Shown here piece after piece: positions 22,617-31,626 of a DNA stretch of 39,049 nt (position 1 is its first letter; each line of letters begins with the position of its first letter). A program made the position numbers and the translations under genes. This DNA comes from a virus. The stretch lies in the IMG/VR virus record IMGVR_UViG_3300005260_000003, positions 1 to 39,049 of that record; one strand, written 5' to 3'. The notes below the pieces were generated by a model. It was not told where the DNA came from. It made no database searches and worked only from the letters and a program-made list of their open reading frames with translations.

Positions 22617-25414
22617 TGGCAAGTACCGCGATCGACTACGAAGCTCTCGCGAAACAGGCCGGCGCGATCTCGTCTTCGCCGGCAATGGTGGATTATGCCG
22701 CGTTGGCGAAACGGGCCGGCGCGATCTCGTCCTCTTCGGCGGGTGTACCGGACGCCGGCGCGCAGATGCGCTCGTCTGCGTTGCGTGGCGTCACAGAGCA
22801 CATGCAACTCGACAATCCGTATAACTTCACGGAGACGTCGGGCGGCGGTTTTCTGGAGTCCGCCAAAGAAGCGTTTATGGGTCCGCTTCGGGGCCTGGTC
22901 CATTTGCCGACTGCCGCCGAAATCAGTCCTACCGGCGGCGCGGAGGCCATGAAGGATATTCCGGCGCAGACCGTGCAACGGGTGAGCGATCAAGCGCTCG
23001 CGGGCAACCTTCCCGGCGCAGCGGGTACAGCTTTGGGCACAGGCGCGGGCCTGGCTGCTCCTCTCGTGGCGGGTGAGGCGTTACGGCTGGCAGGTCCTGC
23101 GGTGTCGCGCGCAACGACAACCGCACGAACAAGCGGTGCCGACTTACTGCGCGCGAGTGCCGAGAAAAACATCGATACCGCCATCAACCCGACCACCCGC
23201 GTCAATAAAGCGCTGGTACGCGACAAAATCGCGCCGGGGCTGGTCGATCGCCGCATCACGGCAAGCTCGCTGAAGGATTTACAGGATCAGGCGCAAGCGC
23301 AAATGGAAGTACACGGCGCGAAGATCGACGACATTTTCGATCAGCACGCCGAAGCCGGGACTAAACTCTCGCCGAAGCCGATTCTGGAAGCGCTCGAAAA
23401 AGAAAAACAGAATTACATCGTCGATGGAGAGCCCGTTAATCCTGCGTATGTGAACCGGCTGCAGGGTTTTCAGGACCAACTGCAGCGCATCAGCGACGCC
23501 AACGGAGGAAAGATTCCCTTGGCCTCCTTGCGCCGTGTGCGGCAGGCTAACGACGAAATCGTGGCCCAGTCGAAGGGCGGCTTTGCGCTGCCGCCGGACG
23601 CGCAAAGCGCGGTGAATGCCGCCAAAACTTACAGCAATGCAATTCGCTCCACGTTTGCCGAGAACGTGGATGGTCTCGCCGACGCTAATCGCGAATTTAA
23701 TTTTTGGTCAGACACGGATAAGGTAGTCGATGCGTCGCTGCTCCGTAAGACCGGGCAGCGCGCACCATTGACGCAGAAGTTCGGGGCTATGATCGGCGGC
23801 GGCATCGGTGCCGCAGTCGGCCACGCCATCGGCGGCGAAGTAGGCACTGGTGCAGGTGTGGCGGCGGGCTCGGCGCTGGGCTCAAAACTTGGTGCGCTTA
23901 GTAACTCAACCATCTGGAACACGCTTTCCGCGAACCTAAAGGCGCGTGTGGCGTCGCGCCTGGCTGCGGGCGATGAAGCCGGCGCGATCGCATTGCTCCC
24001 TCCGCCGGCGCGGGCTATTGTCAGAGACGCCGCCACGGTGGCAGAATCGAAGGGAGTCCCACTCAATGCAGGATCCACGGCAGCAGGAGAAAGCGCAGCG
24101 CTTCCTGAAGCGGTTCGAGGAAGCGAGGCGGTTGTCGCTCGAACGCCTGGCGACACAGGATCCGCAAGCACAACAGTCTCAGTCCCTGGGCAAGCTGGCC
24201 GCGGCTATCAAGCCGAGTACAAAGTCAGAGAATTAGCGGATCTCAACGCTTCACATAACGGGCAGACGTTCGCGCCGAATGCGGAATACAAGCTGACAAA
24301 CGATCGCGACTACGGGAACGCGTCGAATCAGGGCAAGGTCGTGCAATGGTCTTCGCGCACGGAATTTGATCCGCGCTATCACATTACCGATAATCCCGAC
24401 GCGACCAACGGGCCGCTGGTAATCGATCCTGCCGGGAACGTGCTCGGCGGCAACGGTCGGAAGATGATCCTCGATCGCGTGTACGCCTCGAACCCGAAGG
24501 GCGCGCAGGCTTACCGCAATCTACTGAAGGCGAAGGCCGGGCAGTTCGGCGTCGATCCGGCGGCGGTCGACGCCATGAAGCAGCCTGTTCTGGTGCGTGA
24601 AATACCGGAGGCCGAATTTCGCAAACAGGGCGCCTCAAAACAGTTCGGTGTCACGGATTTCAATAAAAGCGGCACGGCTTCACTCACGCCGGGTGAGCGC
24701 GCGATCGCCGACTCGCGCCGGGTCTCGCCGGCAACGCTCGATGATGTGGCGGGCCGCCTCGATCAAAAGGGCGCGAACGCCACGCTGGCGGATATCCTGC
24801 AGGGTAAGCCGGGCGGGGAAGTGCTCAATAAGCTCATCGGCGACGGTGTCCTCACGCCACAGGAGCGCGCCGCGTTCATGACGAGCGAGGGCGAACTCAC
24901 GCCGGCGGGCAAGGATCGCGTTCAAAAGCTCATCCTGGGGCGGTTCTTCGAGGATCCGGCGCAGCTCGACTCGATCGCGCCATCTGTGCGCAACAACGTC
25001 GAACGCATCGCGGCGCCGCTCGCGCAGGTCGAAGCGAAGGGCGGCGAGTGGAATCTGACTCCGGATGTGCAATCGGCGCTCGGCATTCTTGAGCGCGCGC
25101 AGAAGCTCAAGATCCGCAACGTCGACGATTACCTGCGGCAGGAGGGCCTGTTCGGCGCGCAGAACTATGCGCCGCGTGCGATCGCGCTCGCGAAGGCGCT
25201 GCAGTCGATGGGCGCGGAAGAGATCAAGGCGGCCGCGCGCCAGTACGCCGGCGATGCCGCTCACGCGGCCGGCGGTGAGTCGTTGTTCGGCAATGCTCCC
25301 ACGCCTGCCAGTTCATTCGCGGACGCCTTCGAGCGCGCCGCGGCGCCAGTGCCGGCGGCGAAAAACGCGCTCAGTAAGCCGGCGAAGCCGAAAAACTCCC
25401 TGACTCGGAAATAA
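22616..25414 (+). CDS. large internal virion/ejection protein with a ParB/Srx-like central domain
   Basis: 932 aa with a TAATG junction. N-terminal 19-aa tandem repeat (22631-22744). Central SHNGQ...PLVIDPAGNVLGGNGRKMILDRVY resembles the GNGR-motif ParB-like domains of polyvalent ejected proteins (from memory). Confidence 0.8.
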   Translation: MASTAIDYEALAKQAGAISSSPAMVDYAALAKRAGAISSSSAGVPDAGAQMRSSALRGVTEHMQLDNPYNFTETSGGGFLESAKEAFMGPLRGLVHLPTAAEISPTGGAEAMKDIPAQTVQRVSDQALAGNLPGAAGTALGTGAGLAAPLVAGEALRLAGPAVSRATTTARTSGADLLRASAEKNIDTAINPTTRVNKALVRDKIAPGLVDRRITASSLKDLQDQAQAQMEVHGAKIDDIFDQHAEAGTKLSPKPILEALEKEKQNYIVDGEPVNPAYVNRLQGFQDQLQRISDANGGKIPLASLRRVRQANDEIVAQSKGGFALPPDAQSAVNAAKTYSNAIRSTFAENVDGLADANREFNFWSDTDKVVDASLLRKTGQRAPLTQKFGAMIGGGIGAAVGHAIGGEVGTGAGVAAGSALGSKLGALSNSTIWNTLSANLKARVASRLAAGDEAGAIALLPPPARAIVRDAATVAESKGVPLNAGSTAAGESAALPEAVRGSEAVVARTPGDTGSASTTVSVPGQAGRGYQAEYKVRELADLNASHNGQTFAPNAEYKLTNDRDYGNASNQGKVVQWSSRTEFDPRYHITDNPDATNGPLVIDPAGNVLGGNGRKMILDRVYASNPKGAQAYRNLLKAKAGQFGVDPAAVDAMKQPVLVREIPEAEFRKQGASKQFGVTDFNKSGTASLTPGERAIADSRRVSPATLDDVAGRLDQKGANATLADILQGKPGGEVLNKLIGDGVLTPQERAAFMTSEGELTPAGKDRVQKLILGRFFEDPAQLDSIAPSVRNNVERIAAPLAQVEAKGGEWNLTPDVQSALGILERAQKLKIRNVDDYLRQEGLFGAQNYAPRAIALAKALQSMGAEEIKAAARQYAGDAAHAAGGESLFGNAPTPASSFADAFERAAAPVPAAKNALSKPAKPKNSLTRK

Positions 25415-25421
25415 GATCCCT

Positions 25422-27482
25422 ATGAAAGCACTTCGGGCGCTCGCGCTCGTTCTCGTCTCCTCGTGCGCGTTCGCGCAAACATATTCGCTCGCGCCGGTCC
25501 CGCGCCTGCAGTTCCTCGACTCGGATGGCTATCCGCTCGCGGGCGGCAAAATCTACAGTTACGCCGCGGGCACGTCCACGCCTCTCGCGACTTACCAGAA
25601 CGCGACAGGCACGCCTAACACAAATCCGGTCGTGCTCGACTCGGGCGGCTTCGCTTCGATCTGGCTCGGCACGAGCGCATACAAACTGACCGCGCAGAAC
25701 GCCGCGGGCGTGCAGCAGTGGTCGGTCGATAACATCGTCGGGACTGGGCCGGGCGGCGCGCTGACGCAGCTCGCGGCGGCGAATGGCGCGACGCTCGTGA
25801 AATACACCGCGAGCGGCGGCGTGACTCGTACTGTCGCCGATAAACTCGCCGAGTCGCCTAGCATTTTGGACCTCGGCGCAAAGGGGGATTGTGTTACTGA
25901 CGATACCGCAGTATTCCAGGCTGCTTTCAACAACATTCAAGGGAAGCGCTTGCACATTCCGAACCCACCGGGAGGCTGCTATAAGTTAACGGCCAGCATC
26001 ACATTGGGCGAAGTCAGCTCGTTTTGGGTCGAAGGCGATACCCGCTTCGGGACCGTGCTGCGGATGTTTGCGGACAATATTCCGATGTTCCGGTTCACTG
26101 GAGTCAACACGCACTCGGCTCACTTCAGCGATCTCTTGCTCGATTATTCGTCCGCGCAACCAGCAACAAACACAAACTCTGTATTTTTCCTGCTTGATTC
26201 TCCCGTAGGTGCGCCTGTGAGTTCTGTATACGAGTCCATCTTCGAACGGTTGCGGATTCAGAACGGATACCGGGGCTGGTCGATCAGCAGCACTTCAAAC
26301 AAATCGATTTATTGGGGCGACACGTTCTCGCAAATCTGGGCGTGGTCCACCATGAGCGGCGCGACATTCAACTTTCAACCGCCCGTCACAAACGGCATTC
26401 CTCGCATGGAATTCCACCAAATCTGGAATCAGCAATCGGTCAATGAACCAGTGCTCACGTTGAGCGCGGGGCATCAAATCATCATCGACACGTTCGAGGC
26501 AACTCCGTCGAAAAACTTAGTGCTCAACTTGGGCTCGAATAACCAACTCACAGTGCAGGGACTGCATATCGAGCAGCACACCTTCGATAGCTCCTGCACG
26601 ACGACTAGCTGTATGGCCGTGAATCTGGCGAACACTTGGGGAATCATCGATGGCTTTACCTATGCCTCGGCAGTCGCGCCACCAACAAACTATGCAGTCT
26701 ACCTGTTTAGCGCAACGTCAGCCGGTGGATACATCGATTTCCGGAACATAGGCGTCGGCATGTCCGCTCTGACAAACGGCCAGCAATTGGCGGTGTTTCG
26801 ATCTTCTGCTGCGGGAGCGAAGGCTTCAATCGAGAACCTTCTGATTAGCAGCGCCGATCCGACCTCGCAGTATATTTCCCTGCCTCTCGATGTCGCAACC
26901 GATGCCCAAATCGTAAAAAAGGACGGCGAAACACGTGTCCCTACTGCAGGAGTTGCCACCAGCAGCACGAATTACGGCTCGACTTCGCTCCGTTTGGCAG
27001 GAAATTATTGGACTACTAACCCGTTGGCGGATAACTGGTTATTTACGTCCATTCTGTCTAGCGGCACTACTCCAACCAGCACACTTCAGATTTCACATTC
27101 CTCGTCAAGCACGACGACGTCTGCTTGGGATTGGCTGCTTCCTGGTGCTGGACCTCCGCATGTTTTTGTGGATGCCACCACGGACAATCCGCGCATCCGC
27201 TTGTACCGCTACGCCGGGACGGGACTATGGAACGGCTTTGCGATCCAAAACGACCCGGGCGCGATTCTCGGTATTTATGCGGCTCCAGGTATTAGCACCA
27301 TCGGCTCGGAGACTTGGACAAAGTACTACAGTATGAGTTCTAACGGCTTGTTTACTGCCGTAGGCTTTGCTGCGAACGGGAACGTAGGGTTTACCATTAC
27401 GAAGACCGTAAAAGGTTCGGACGGCAATAACTGCACGATCACGTGGACAGGTGGGATCATGACGGCGACTACGTGTCCCTGA
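25422..27482 (+). CDS. tailspike / receptor-degrading protein with pectate-lyase-type beta-helix
   Basis: FLDSDGYPLAGGKIYSYAAGTSTPLATYQN...NPVVLDSGG tail-fibre N-domain motif. LDLGAKGDCVTDDTAVFQAAFNN (Pectate_lyase_3-type motif). The C-terminal two-thirds has visibly lower GC. Confidence 0.85.
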   Translation: MKALRALALVLVSSCAFAQTYSLAPVPRLQFLDSDGYPLAGGKIYSYAAGTSTPLATYQNATGTPNTNPVVLDSGGFASIWLGTSAYKLTAQNAAGVQQWSVDNIVGTGPGGALTQLAAANGATLVKYTASGGVTRTVADKLAESPSILDLGAKGDCVTDDTAVFQAAFNNIQGKRLHIPNPPGGCYKLTASITLGEVSSFWVEGDTRFGTVLRMFADNIPMFRFTGVNTHSAHFSDLLLDYSSAQPATNTNSVFFLLDSPVGAPVSSVYESIFERLRIQNGYRGWSISSTSNKSIYWGDTFSQIWAWSTMSGATFNFQPPVTNGIPRMEFHQIWNQQSVNEPVLTLSAGHQIIIDTFEATPSKNLVLNLGSNNQLTVQGLHIEQHTFDSSCTTTSCMAVNLANTWGIIDGFTYASAVAPPTNYAVYLFSATSAGGYIDFRNIGVGMSALTNGQQLAVFRSSAAGAKASIENLLISSADPTSQYISLPLDVATDAQIVKKDGETRVPTAGVATSSTNYGSTSLRLAGNYWTTNPLADNWLFTSILSSGTTPTSTLQISHSSSSTTTSAWDWLLPGAGPPHVFVDATTDNPRIRLYRYAGTGLWNGFAIQNDPGAILGIYAAPGISTIGSETWTKYYSMSSNGLFTAVGFAANGNVGFTITKTVKGSDGNNCTITWTGGIMTATTCP

Positions 27483-27513
27483 GAAGTTTGCGCAATAGCC
27501 TTCACCCTGTTAT

Positions 27514-28485
27514 TTGGGGCGGATCCAGAATATTCAAGCACTGCGCGCCTTCGCCGCCGCGTCGGTCCTCGTCGGGCATGCCGGCTTCTGGCCTGCGCAC
27601 GTCGGCGCCTTTGGCGTCGATATCTTCTTTGTCATTAGCGGCTTCATTATGGCCGGCTTATGCGAGCTGGAATCAGCCGGCACGTTTGCGCGGCGCCGGC
27701 TCACGCGCATCCTGCCGCTATATTGGGGCGCGACCTTAGCGGTCTTCGCTCTGGCTTTGATCGCTCCCAGCCTGGTCCACGCGACGCGGCCAAACCTGGC
27801 GGAACTGCTCAAAAGCCTTCTCTTCATTCCTTTCACAAAGTCGAACGGCAATCTGCAGCCGGTGCTCTATCTCGGCTGGACGCTTAACTGCGAGATGTTC
27901 TTTTACTCGCTTTTGGTGGCTGGCCTGGCGTGCTCACGTAAATACGCGGCTGCGCTGGCGGCGGCGGCCTTGTGCGCGGTTGTGGCCGCCGGCTCGCTGA
28001 TCGGCGGCTCGAGCGTGTTTGTACGCTTCTACGGGCGGCCGCTGCTGCTCGAGTTTGTGGGCGGCATGCTCTGCTTTGCGATCGCGCGCCGTATGCCAGC
28101 GTTACCGCGCTGGCTCCTGGGTGTTGCGGCGGCGGCTGCGGTTGTTGGTTTCTTTGTTGCTATTCCGCCAGCCGTGCCTGCGATCGCGCTCGTTTTGGCT
28201 GCCGTGCTGCTCGCGAAACAGGGGTTCGATACGCGGTCGCGGCTGCTCGTCTTAGCTGGCGACGCGAGCTATGTGCTCTATCTGATCCACCCGTATTTGC
28301 TCGGCGTGTGTACTCATGCTTTGCCGGGCCTCGCGGGGCGGCTCGCCGGTGTGGCCGTCTCTTTGGCACTGCCCTTGTGGATCCATCTGCGCATCGAAAA
28401 GCCCGCGGTCGCCTTCTTCAACCGCCTGCGGTTCGATTTCCTCGCGCGCGATCGCTTCCGCAGTCAACCAGTCGAGCTCGCCTAA
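27514..28485 (+). CDS. acyltransferase family 3 membrane protein (O-antigen/polysaccharide O-acetyltransferase type)
   Basis: IQALRAFAAASVLVGHAG...GVDIFFVISGFIM motif and about 9-10 hydrophobic segments. TTG start at 27514 is approximate. Confidence 0.85.
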   Translation: MGRIQNIQALRAFAAASVLVGHAGFWPAHVGAFGVDIFFVISGFIMAGLCELESAGTFARRRLTRILPLYWGATLAVFALALIAPSLVHATRPNLAELLKSLLFIPFTKSNGNLQPVLYLGWTLNCEMFFYSLLVAGLACSRKYAAALAAAALCAVVAAGSLIGGSSVFVRFYGRPLLLEFVGGMLCFAIARRMPALPRWLLGVAAAAAVVGFFVAIPPAVPAIALVLAAVLLAKQGFDTRSRLLVLAGDASYVLYLIHPYLLGVCTHALPGLAGRLAGVAVSLALPLWIHLRIEKPAVAFFNRLRFDFLARDRFRSQPVELA

Positions 28486-28591
28486 CTGCGCGCCGACGCG
28501 GTCCCACGCCGGCAGCGTCTCGTCACACGTGGCGGCGCGGCAGGCCTCCGCTTGCATCCGGCAGAATTCGATCTGTTCGGCGCGTGTTCGT

Positions 28592-28744
28592 TTAGCGCAC
28601 GCCGCGCGGGCGTCGTTGTCGAACGAGTTCGCGGGCGGCGCGGGTGAGTTCTTCGATCGCATCACGGAGCGCGAGGATCGCATCGCGCAGCGCCTCGAGG
28701 TCAGGCCGGGAAGTGGCTGGACTCTCGAGGCGTCGCGTCTCCAC
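28592..28744 (-). CDS. candidate 50-aa coiled-coil peptide
   Basis: GTG-initiated VETRRLESPATSRPDLEALRDAILALRDAIEELTRAARELV.. lies downstream of the 62-aa membrane gene. Weak evidence. Confidence 0.3.
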   Translation of the reverse strand: METRRLESPATSRPDLEALRDAILALRDAIEELTRAARELVRQRRPRGVR

Positions 28745-28758
28745 ACTACAGTTGTAGC

Positions 28759-28947
28759 TTATTTGTCCATCAGTTTGGCAATCTCGACATCCATCGCTCC
28801 TAACTTGCTCACGATGCTTTTGATGTCGGCGCGGATTTCGCGGATGTCCTCGCGAACGCCGCTCATCTGAAACAGGCTCAGAATGAGGCTGGCAATGATC
28901 GTCAAACACGGCAGCCCGATCGCGAAATACAACTGAGTGTCTGTCAT
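28759..28947 (-). CDS. small membrane protein
   Basis: 62 aa. TM helix LYFAIGLPCLTIIASLILSLF followed by an amphipathic helix. ATGA-type coupling with the upstream gene. Confidence 0.6.
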   Translation of the reverse strand: MTDTQLYFAIGLPCLTIIASLILSLFQMSGVREDIREIRADIKSIVSKLGAMDVEIAKLMDK

Positions 28948-29150
28948 TTCTTCCCCGCCTTTTTCCCTCTCGCCTTCGCCCGCGCCTCAGCTAAGCGTTT
29001 CCCGATCGCGGCGCGCTCCTCTTCCGTCGCGTCTTCCCAACGGGCGCTCGCCGCGGCACTCTGATGCTCGCGGACCTCTTCCTCGCTTAAACCTTTCCAG
29101 CGTTCTTTCCCCAGCGCGACCGCGGCGGGATTCTTCTTCTTACTGGCCAT
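28944..29150 (-). CDS. small basic protein (KKNPAAVALGK motif)
   Basis: 68-aa Lys/Ala/Glu-rich protein. The NPAAVALG..RW pattern recurs in small prophage/plasmid proteins as I recall. Confidence 0.6.
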   Translation of the reverse strand: MASKKKNPAAVALGKERWKGLSEEEVREHQSAAASARWEDATEEERAAIGKRLAEARAKARGKKAGKK

Positions 29151-29553
29151 GCAGTAGTTGCTCCGGCGTCCAGGGACACGTCTCGGGAAAGGTGTCTATA
29201 TTGAGCCCGGTTTCGGCCTCCGCGTCGTAGCGAGCAATCTCGTAGGCGTCCGCGATCAACTCGCCCAGCCTGGCGCGGAGACTCGGACTGTCTTTCAGAT
29301 ACCGTTTGAGGTGCAGGCGCTGGACCTCGATCGTGTGGTGCCAGCTGCGCGTTTCCTTTTCCGGCTGATACTGCAGTTTTAGCGCGTGCGCCAAAAGCAG
29401 GCGCAAACTGCTCTCGATCCGCGCTCGTTCACTCTTCCCCAAGTCCCTTACCTCATCCGCTAACGCGACGCGGTCGATCTCCTCGAATCGTCCGGCCTCG
29501 ATCGCGCGCGCGGTTTCCTGCGTCCACTCGAAGTAGTCCGTTGTGTAGCTCAT
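29140..29553 (-). CDS. DUF29 domain protein
   Basis: DYFEWTQETARAIEAGRFEEIDRVALADEVRDLGKSERARIESSLRLLLAHALKLQYQPE...TFPETCPWTPEQLL matches the DUF29 pattern along its whole length. Confidence 0.85.
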   Translation of the reverse strand: MSYTTDYFEWTQETARAIEAGRFEEIDRVALADEVRDLGKSERARIESSLRLLLAHALKLQYQPEKETRSWHHTIEVQRLHLKRYLKDSPSLRARLGELIADAYEIARYDAEAETGLNIDTFPETCPWTPEQLLHGQ

Positions 29554-29585
29554 CGCTTCGCGCCTTTCCTCTTTCAGTGTACCTC

Positions 29586-29678
29586 CGCTGGCGCATACAC
29601 TTCCATTCGGGCTTTTCCTGCCTCTTTTTTTCGCCTATATCCCCCACAGGACAATTGTGTGCCTGCGCTGGCACATAC
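29586..29678. promoter_or_regulatory. divergent control region with a 13-nt direct repeat CGCTGGC(G/A)CATAC
   Basis: Copies at 29586-29598 and 29666-29678 (12/13 identical), plus palindrome ACAATTGT at 29651-58, between divergent genes ending at 29553 and starting at 29732. Confidence 0.3.
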
Positions 29679-29731
29679 GATACTTGTCTTGTAAGCAGTC
29701 GTGGCGGACAGGAAAACGCCGGAGGGATTAC

Positions 29732-29929
29732 ATGACTTTAGACGAAACACCGAAAGCGATCAATGCCATCGATCGCTATGTCGAGACGCACGGCGCGTCG
29801 CTGCGCGTCGTGGTATTCGCGCAGCGCCTGCGCGTTGCGGAGCGCTCGCGCGCTCGCTTCGATTCACACGTGGAGCGCGTCTCGGACGCGCTCGTGTACG
29901 GCTATTTCTCGTTCGAGGTGGCTGCGTAA
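29732..29929 (+). CDS. hypothetical protein
   Basis: ATG at 29732 preceded by GGAGGGATTAC. 65 aa. TAATG junction with the next gene. Confidence 0.55.
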   Translation: MTLDETPKAINAIDRYVETHGASLRVVVFAQRLRVAERSRARFDSHVERVSDALVYGYFSFEVAA

Positions 29930-30513
29930 TGGGCGACGTATTGAAGCTTCAAACCAACGTCCCTGAGATGATCTCGCTCGCCTTCTCGGATGGCATGCCG
30001 ATCGCGAGCAAGTTCGGGGGCGACCAGATCATGTTCACGCTCGAAGACGAGCGCCGCTGGTTCGTGGCGCCGTTTGTGGCTAACAAGATCAAGGCGGCGG
30101 GGATCGGTGCCGGCGAACCGTTCGTCGTGTGCAAGCGCGAGCGCACGGAAGGCAATCGGCGCATGGTTGAGTACGAAATTGAAAAAGGCGCTACGGTTAC
30201 AGCCGTCGCGCCTTCAGGAGTTGCAGTCGTAGCTGGTGGAAGCTCTAATAACTCTCGTTCTCAACAGTCTAGCGCGGTCGCGGTGGCTCCTCCGGCGGCG
30301 GTTGCGGTCGCGCCTCCTGCCGCCGCGCCGACACTGGCGACTGATTCGTCCTCCGCGATTCGCTTCGCGGGTATGGCCGCGATCGATGCGGTGCTCGCGG
30401 TCGAGGCCTACGCGAAATCACGCGGCATGACGGATTTTGCGTTTGGCGCCGAAAACATCCAAAAGGTCTGGATGACACTGTACATAGATGCGCGGAAGGG
30501 CGGGCGCGCGTGA
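29929..30513 (+). CDS. hypothetical protein partnered with the exonuclease (possible ssDNA-binding/annealing role)
   Basis: 194 aa with an N-terminal beta-rich domain, an Ala/Pro/Val low-complexity linker (AVAVAPPAAVAVAPPAA) and a helical C-terminus. Function inferred only from position. Confidence 0.7.
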   Translation: MGDVLKLQTNVPEMISLAFSDGMPIASKFGGDQIMFTLEDERRWFVAPFVANKIKAAGIGAGEPFVVCKRERTEGNRRMVEYEIEKGATVTAVAPSGVAVVAGGSSNNSRSQQSSAVAVAPPAAVAVAPPAAAPTLATDSSSAIRFAGMAAIDAVLAVEAYAKSRGMTDFAFGAENIQKVWMTLYIDARKGGRA

Positions 30514-31463
30514 TGGCTGCGCCGGCTATGTCCTCGAACTACTTCTCGAAGCAAACGACCGACGATCTGATCGCGGCTCGTGATCGTCTGAACGCGGTAC
30601 TGGATTTCCGCGCGCGACAACACCATCTGTTCGACGAGGCGCCGACTCCGGCGCCTCTTCTTGTGATGCCGCCGCCGAAACCCGCGATCGTCACCGAAGC
30701 GATTCCCGACGTGCTTTCGCCTTCGAGCGTGAACGCGTTCCACGCCTGCGCGGCGAAGTGGTATTACCGCAAGATCCTGCAACTCCCCGAGACGCGTACG
30801 GCGGCGCTGGTGCTCGGCTCGGCAGTTCACGAGGCCGCTGCCGTGAACTCCCTCGACAAGATCGAGACGGGGCACGATCTCGATTACGCTGCGGTGCGCT
30901 CCGTCTTCCGCGAGGCGCTGCGCCGCCAGCTCGCCGAAGGTCCGGAGGTCACGTTTGACGCGGACGAATCCGTCGCGGACCTCGAAGCCTGCGGCGACGC
31001 TCTTGTTCGTGTGTACCTCGAGCAAGCGGCGCCGACGATCTTTCCCGCGAAAGTCGAGCTCCCGGTCGAGGGCAAGATCGGCGATGTAAAAGTCCACGGC
31101 TTCGTCGACGTGCTCGATCGCGATGGTGTTGTGATCGATTTGAAAACCGCCGGCAAGAAACCATCAGGGATCACGCCGGAGCATCGGCTACAGGTCTCGA
31201 CGTACGCGATGGTTGCGCCTGGTGCTTGTGGGCGCGGCCGACGCGATGTGATTACGAAAACGAAGACGGTCGGGCACTATACAACTTCGTTCGAGGTCGC
31301 GGCGTCAGATCGCAAATACACGGAGCGGCTCTACTCGATCACGCTCGATCAGATGCGCTCCGGCCTGATCGCGCCAAACCGCTCAAGTTTCCTGTGCTCG
31401 AGACGGAACTGCTCTTTTTGGCAGCAGTGCCAAGAGGATTACGGCGGGGAGGTCGCGGAATGA
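30510..31463 (+). CDS. PD-(D/E)XK nuclease, Cas4/RecB-like exonuclease with Cys cluster
   Basis: N-terminal Cys (FHACAAKWYY), core GFVDVLDRDGVVIDLKTAG...LQVSTYA (D..D/E-x-K..Q..Y), and C-terminal CSRRNCSFWQQC, as in 4Fe-4S Cas4-type nucleases. Confidence 0.85.
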   Translation: MMAAPAMSSNYFSKQTTDDLIAARDRLNAVLDFRARQHHLFDEAPTPAPLLVMPPPKPAIVTEAIPDVLSPSSVNAFHACAAKWYYRKILQLPETRTAALVLGSAVHEAAAVNSLDKIETGHDLDYAAVRSVFREALRRQLAEGPEVTFDADESVADLEACGDALVRVYLEQAAPTIFPAKVELPVEGKIGDVKVHGFVDVLDRDGVVIDLKTAGKKPSGITPEHRLQVSTYAMVAPGACGRGRRDVITKTKTVGHYTTSFEVAASDRKYTERLYSITLDQMRSGLIAPNRSSFLCSRRNCSFWQQCQEDYGGEVAE

Positions 31464-31524
31464 GAGGATCGCCGCCGACGCGCCTCTACTCTGATAACTT
31501 TCCGAAAACTTCCATTGGTGATCA

Positions 31525-31557
31525 CGGCCGCCCTTTCCTCCTTGGGGCGGCCGTTTT
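31525..31557 (+). terminator. rho-independent terminator
   Basis: Perfect 9-bp GC stem, CGGCCGCCC (31525-33) with GGGCGGCCG (31545-53), an 11-nt loop, then TTTT. Confidence 0.7.
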
Positions 31558-31626
31558 GGGTTTATAGGCGTCACGGTACGGCTATTCTCTTTCGCACTCA
31601 TGGGATCCGTTTAGATACTGGAGTCA

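Noticed and set aside
28252-28746. 164-aa minus-strand ORF overlapping the 3' end of the acyltransferase gene
   Set aside because: 234 nt of it is antisense to a well-supported membrane acyltransferase, and its high GC3 is explained by antisense phasing. Only short pieces upstream of 28592 might be real, and these are reported separately at low confidence.
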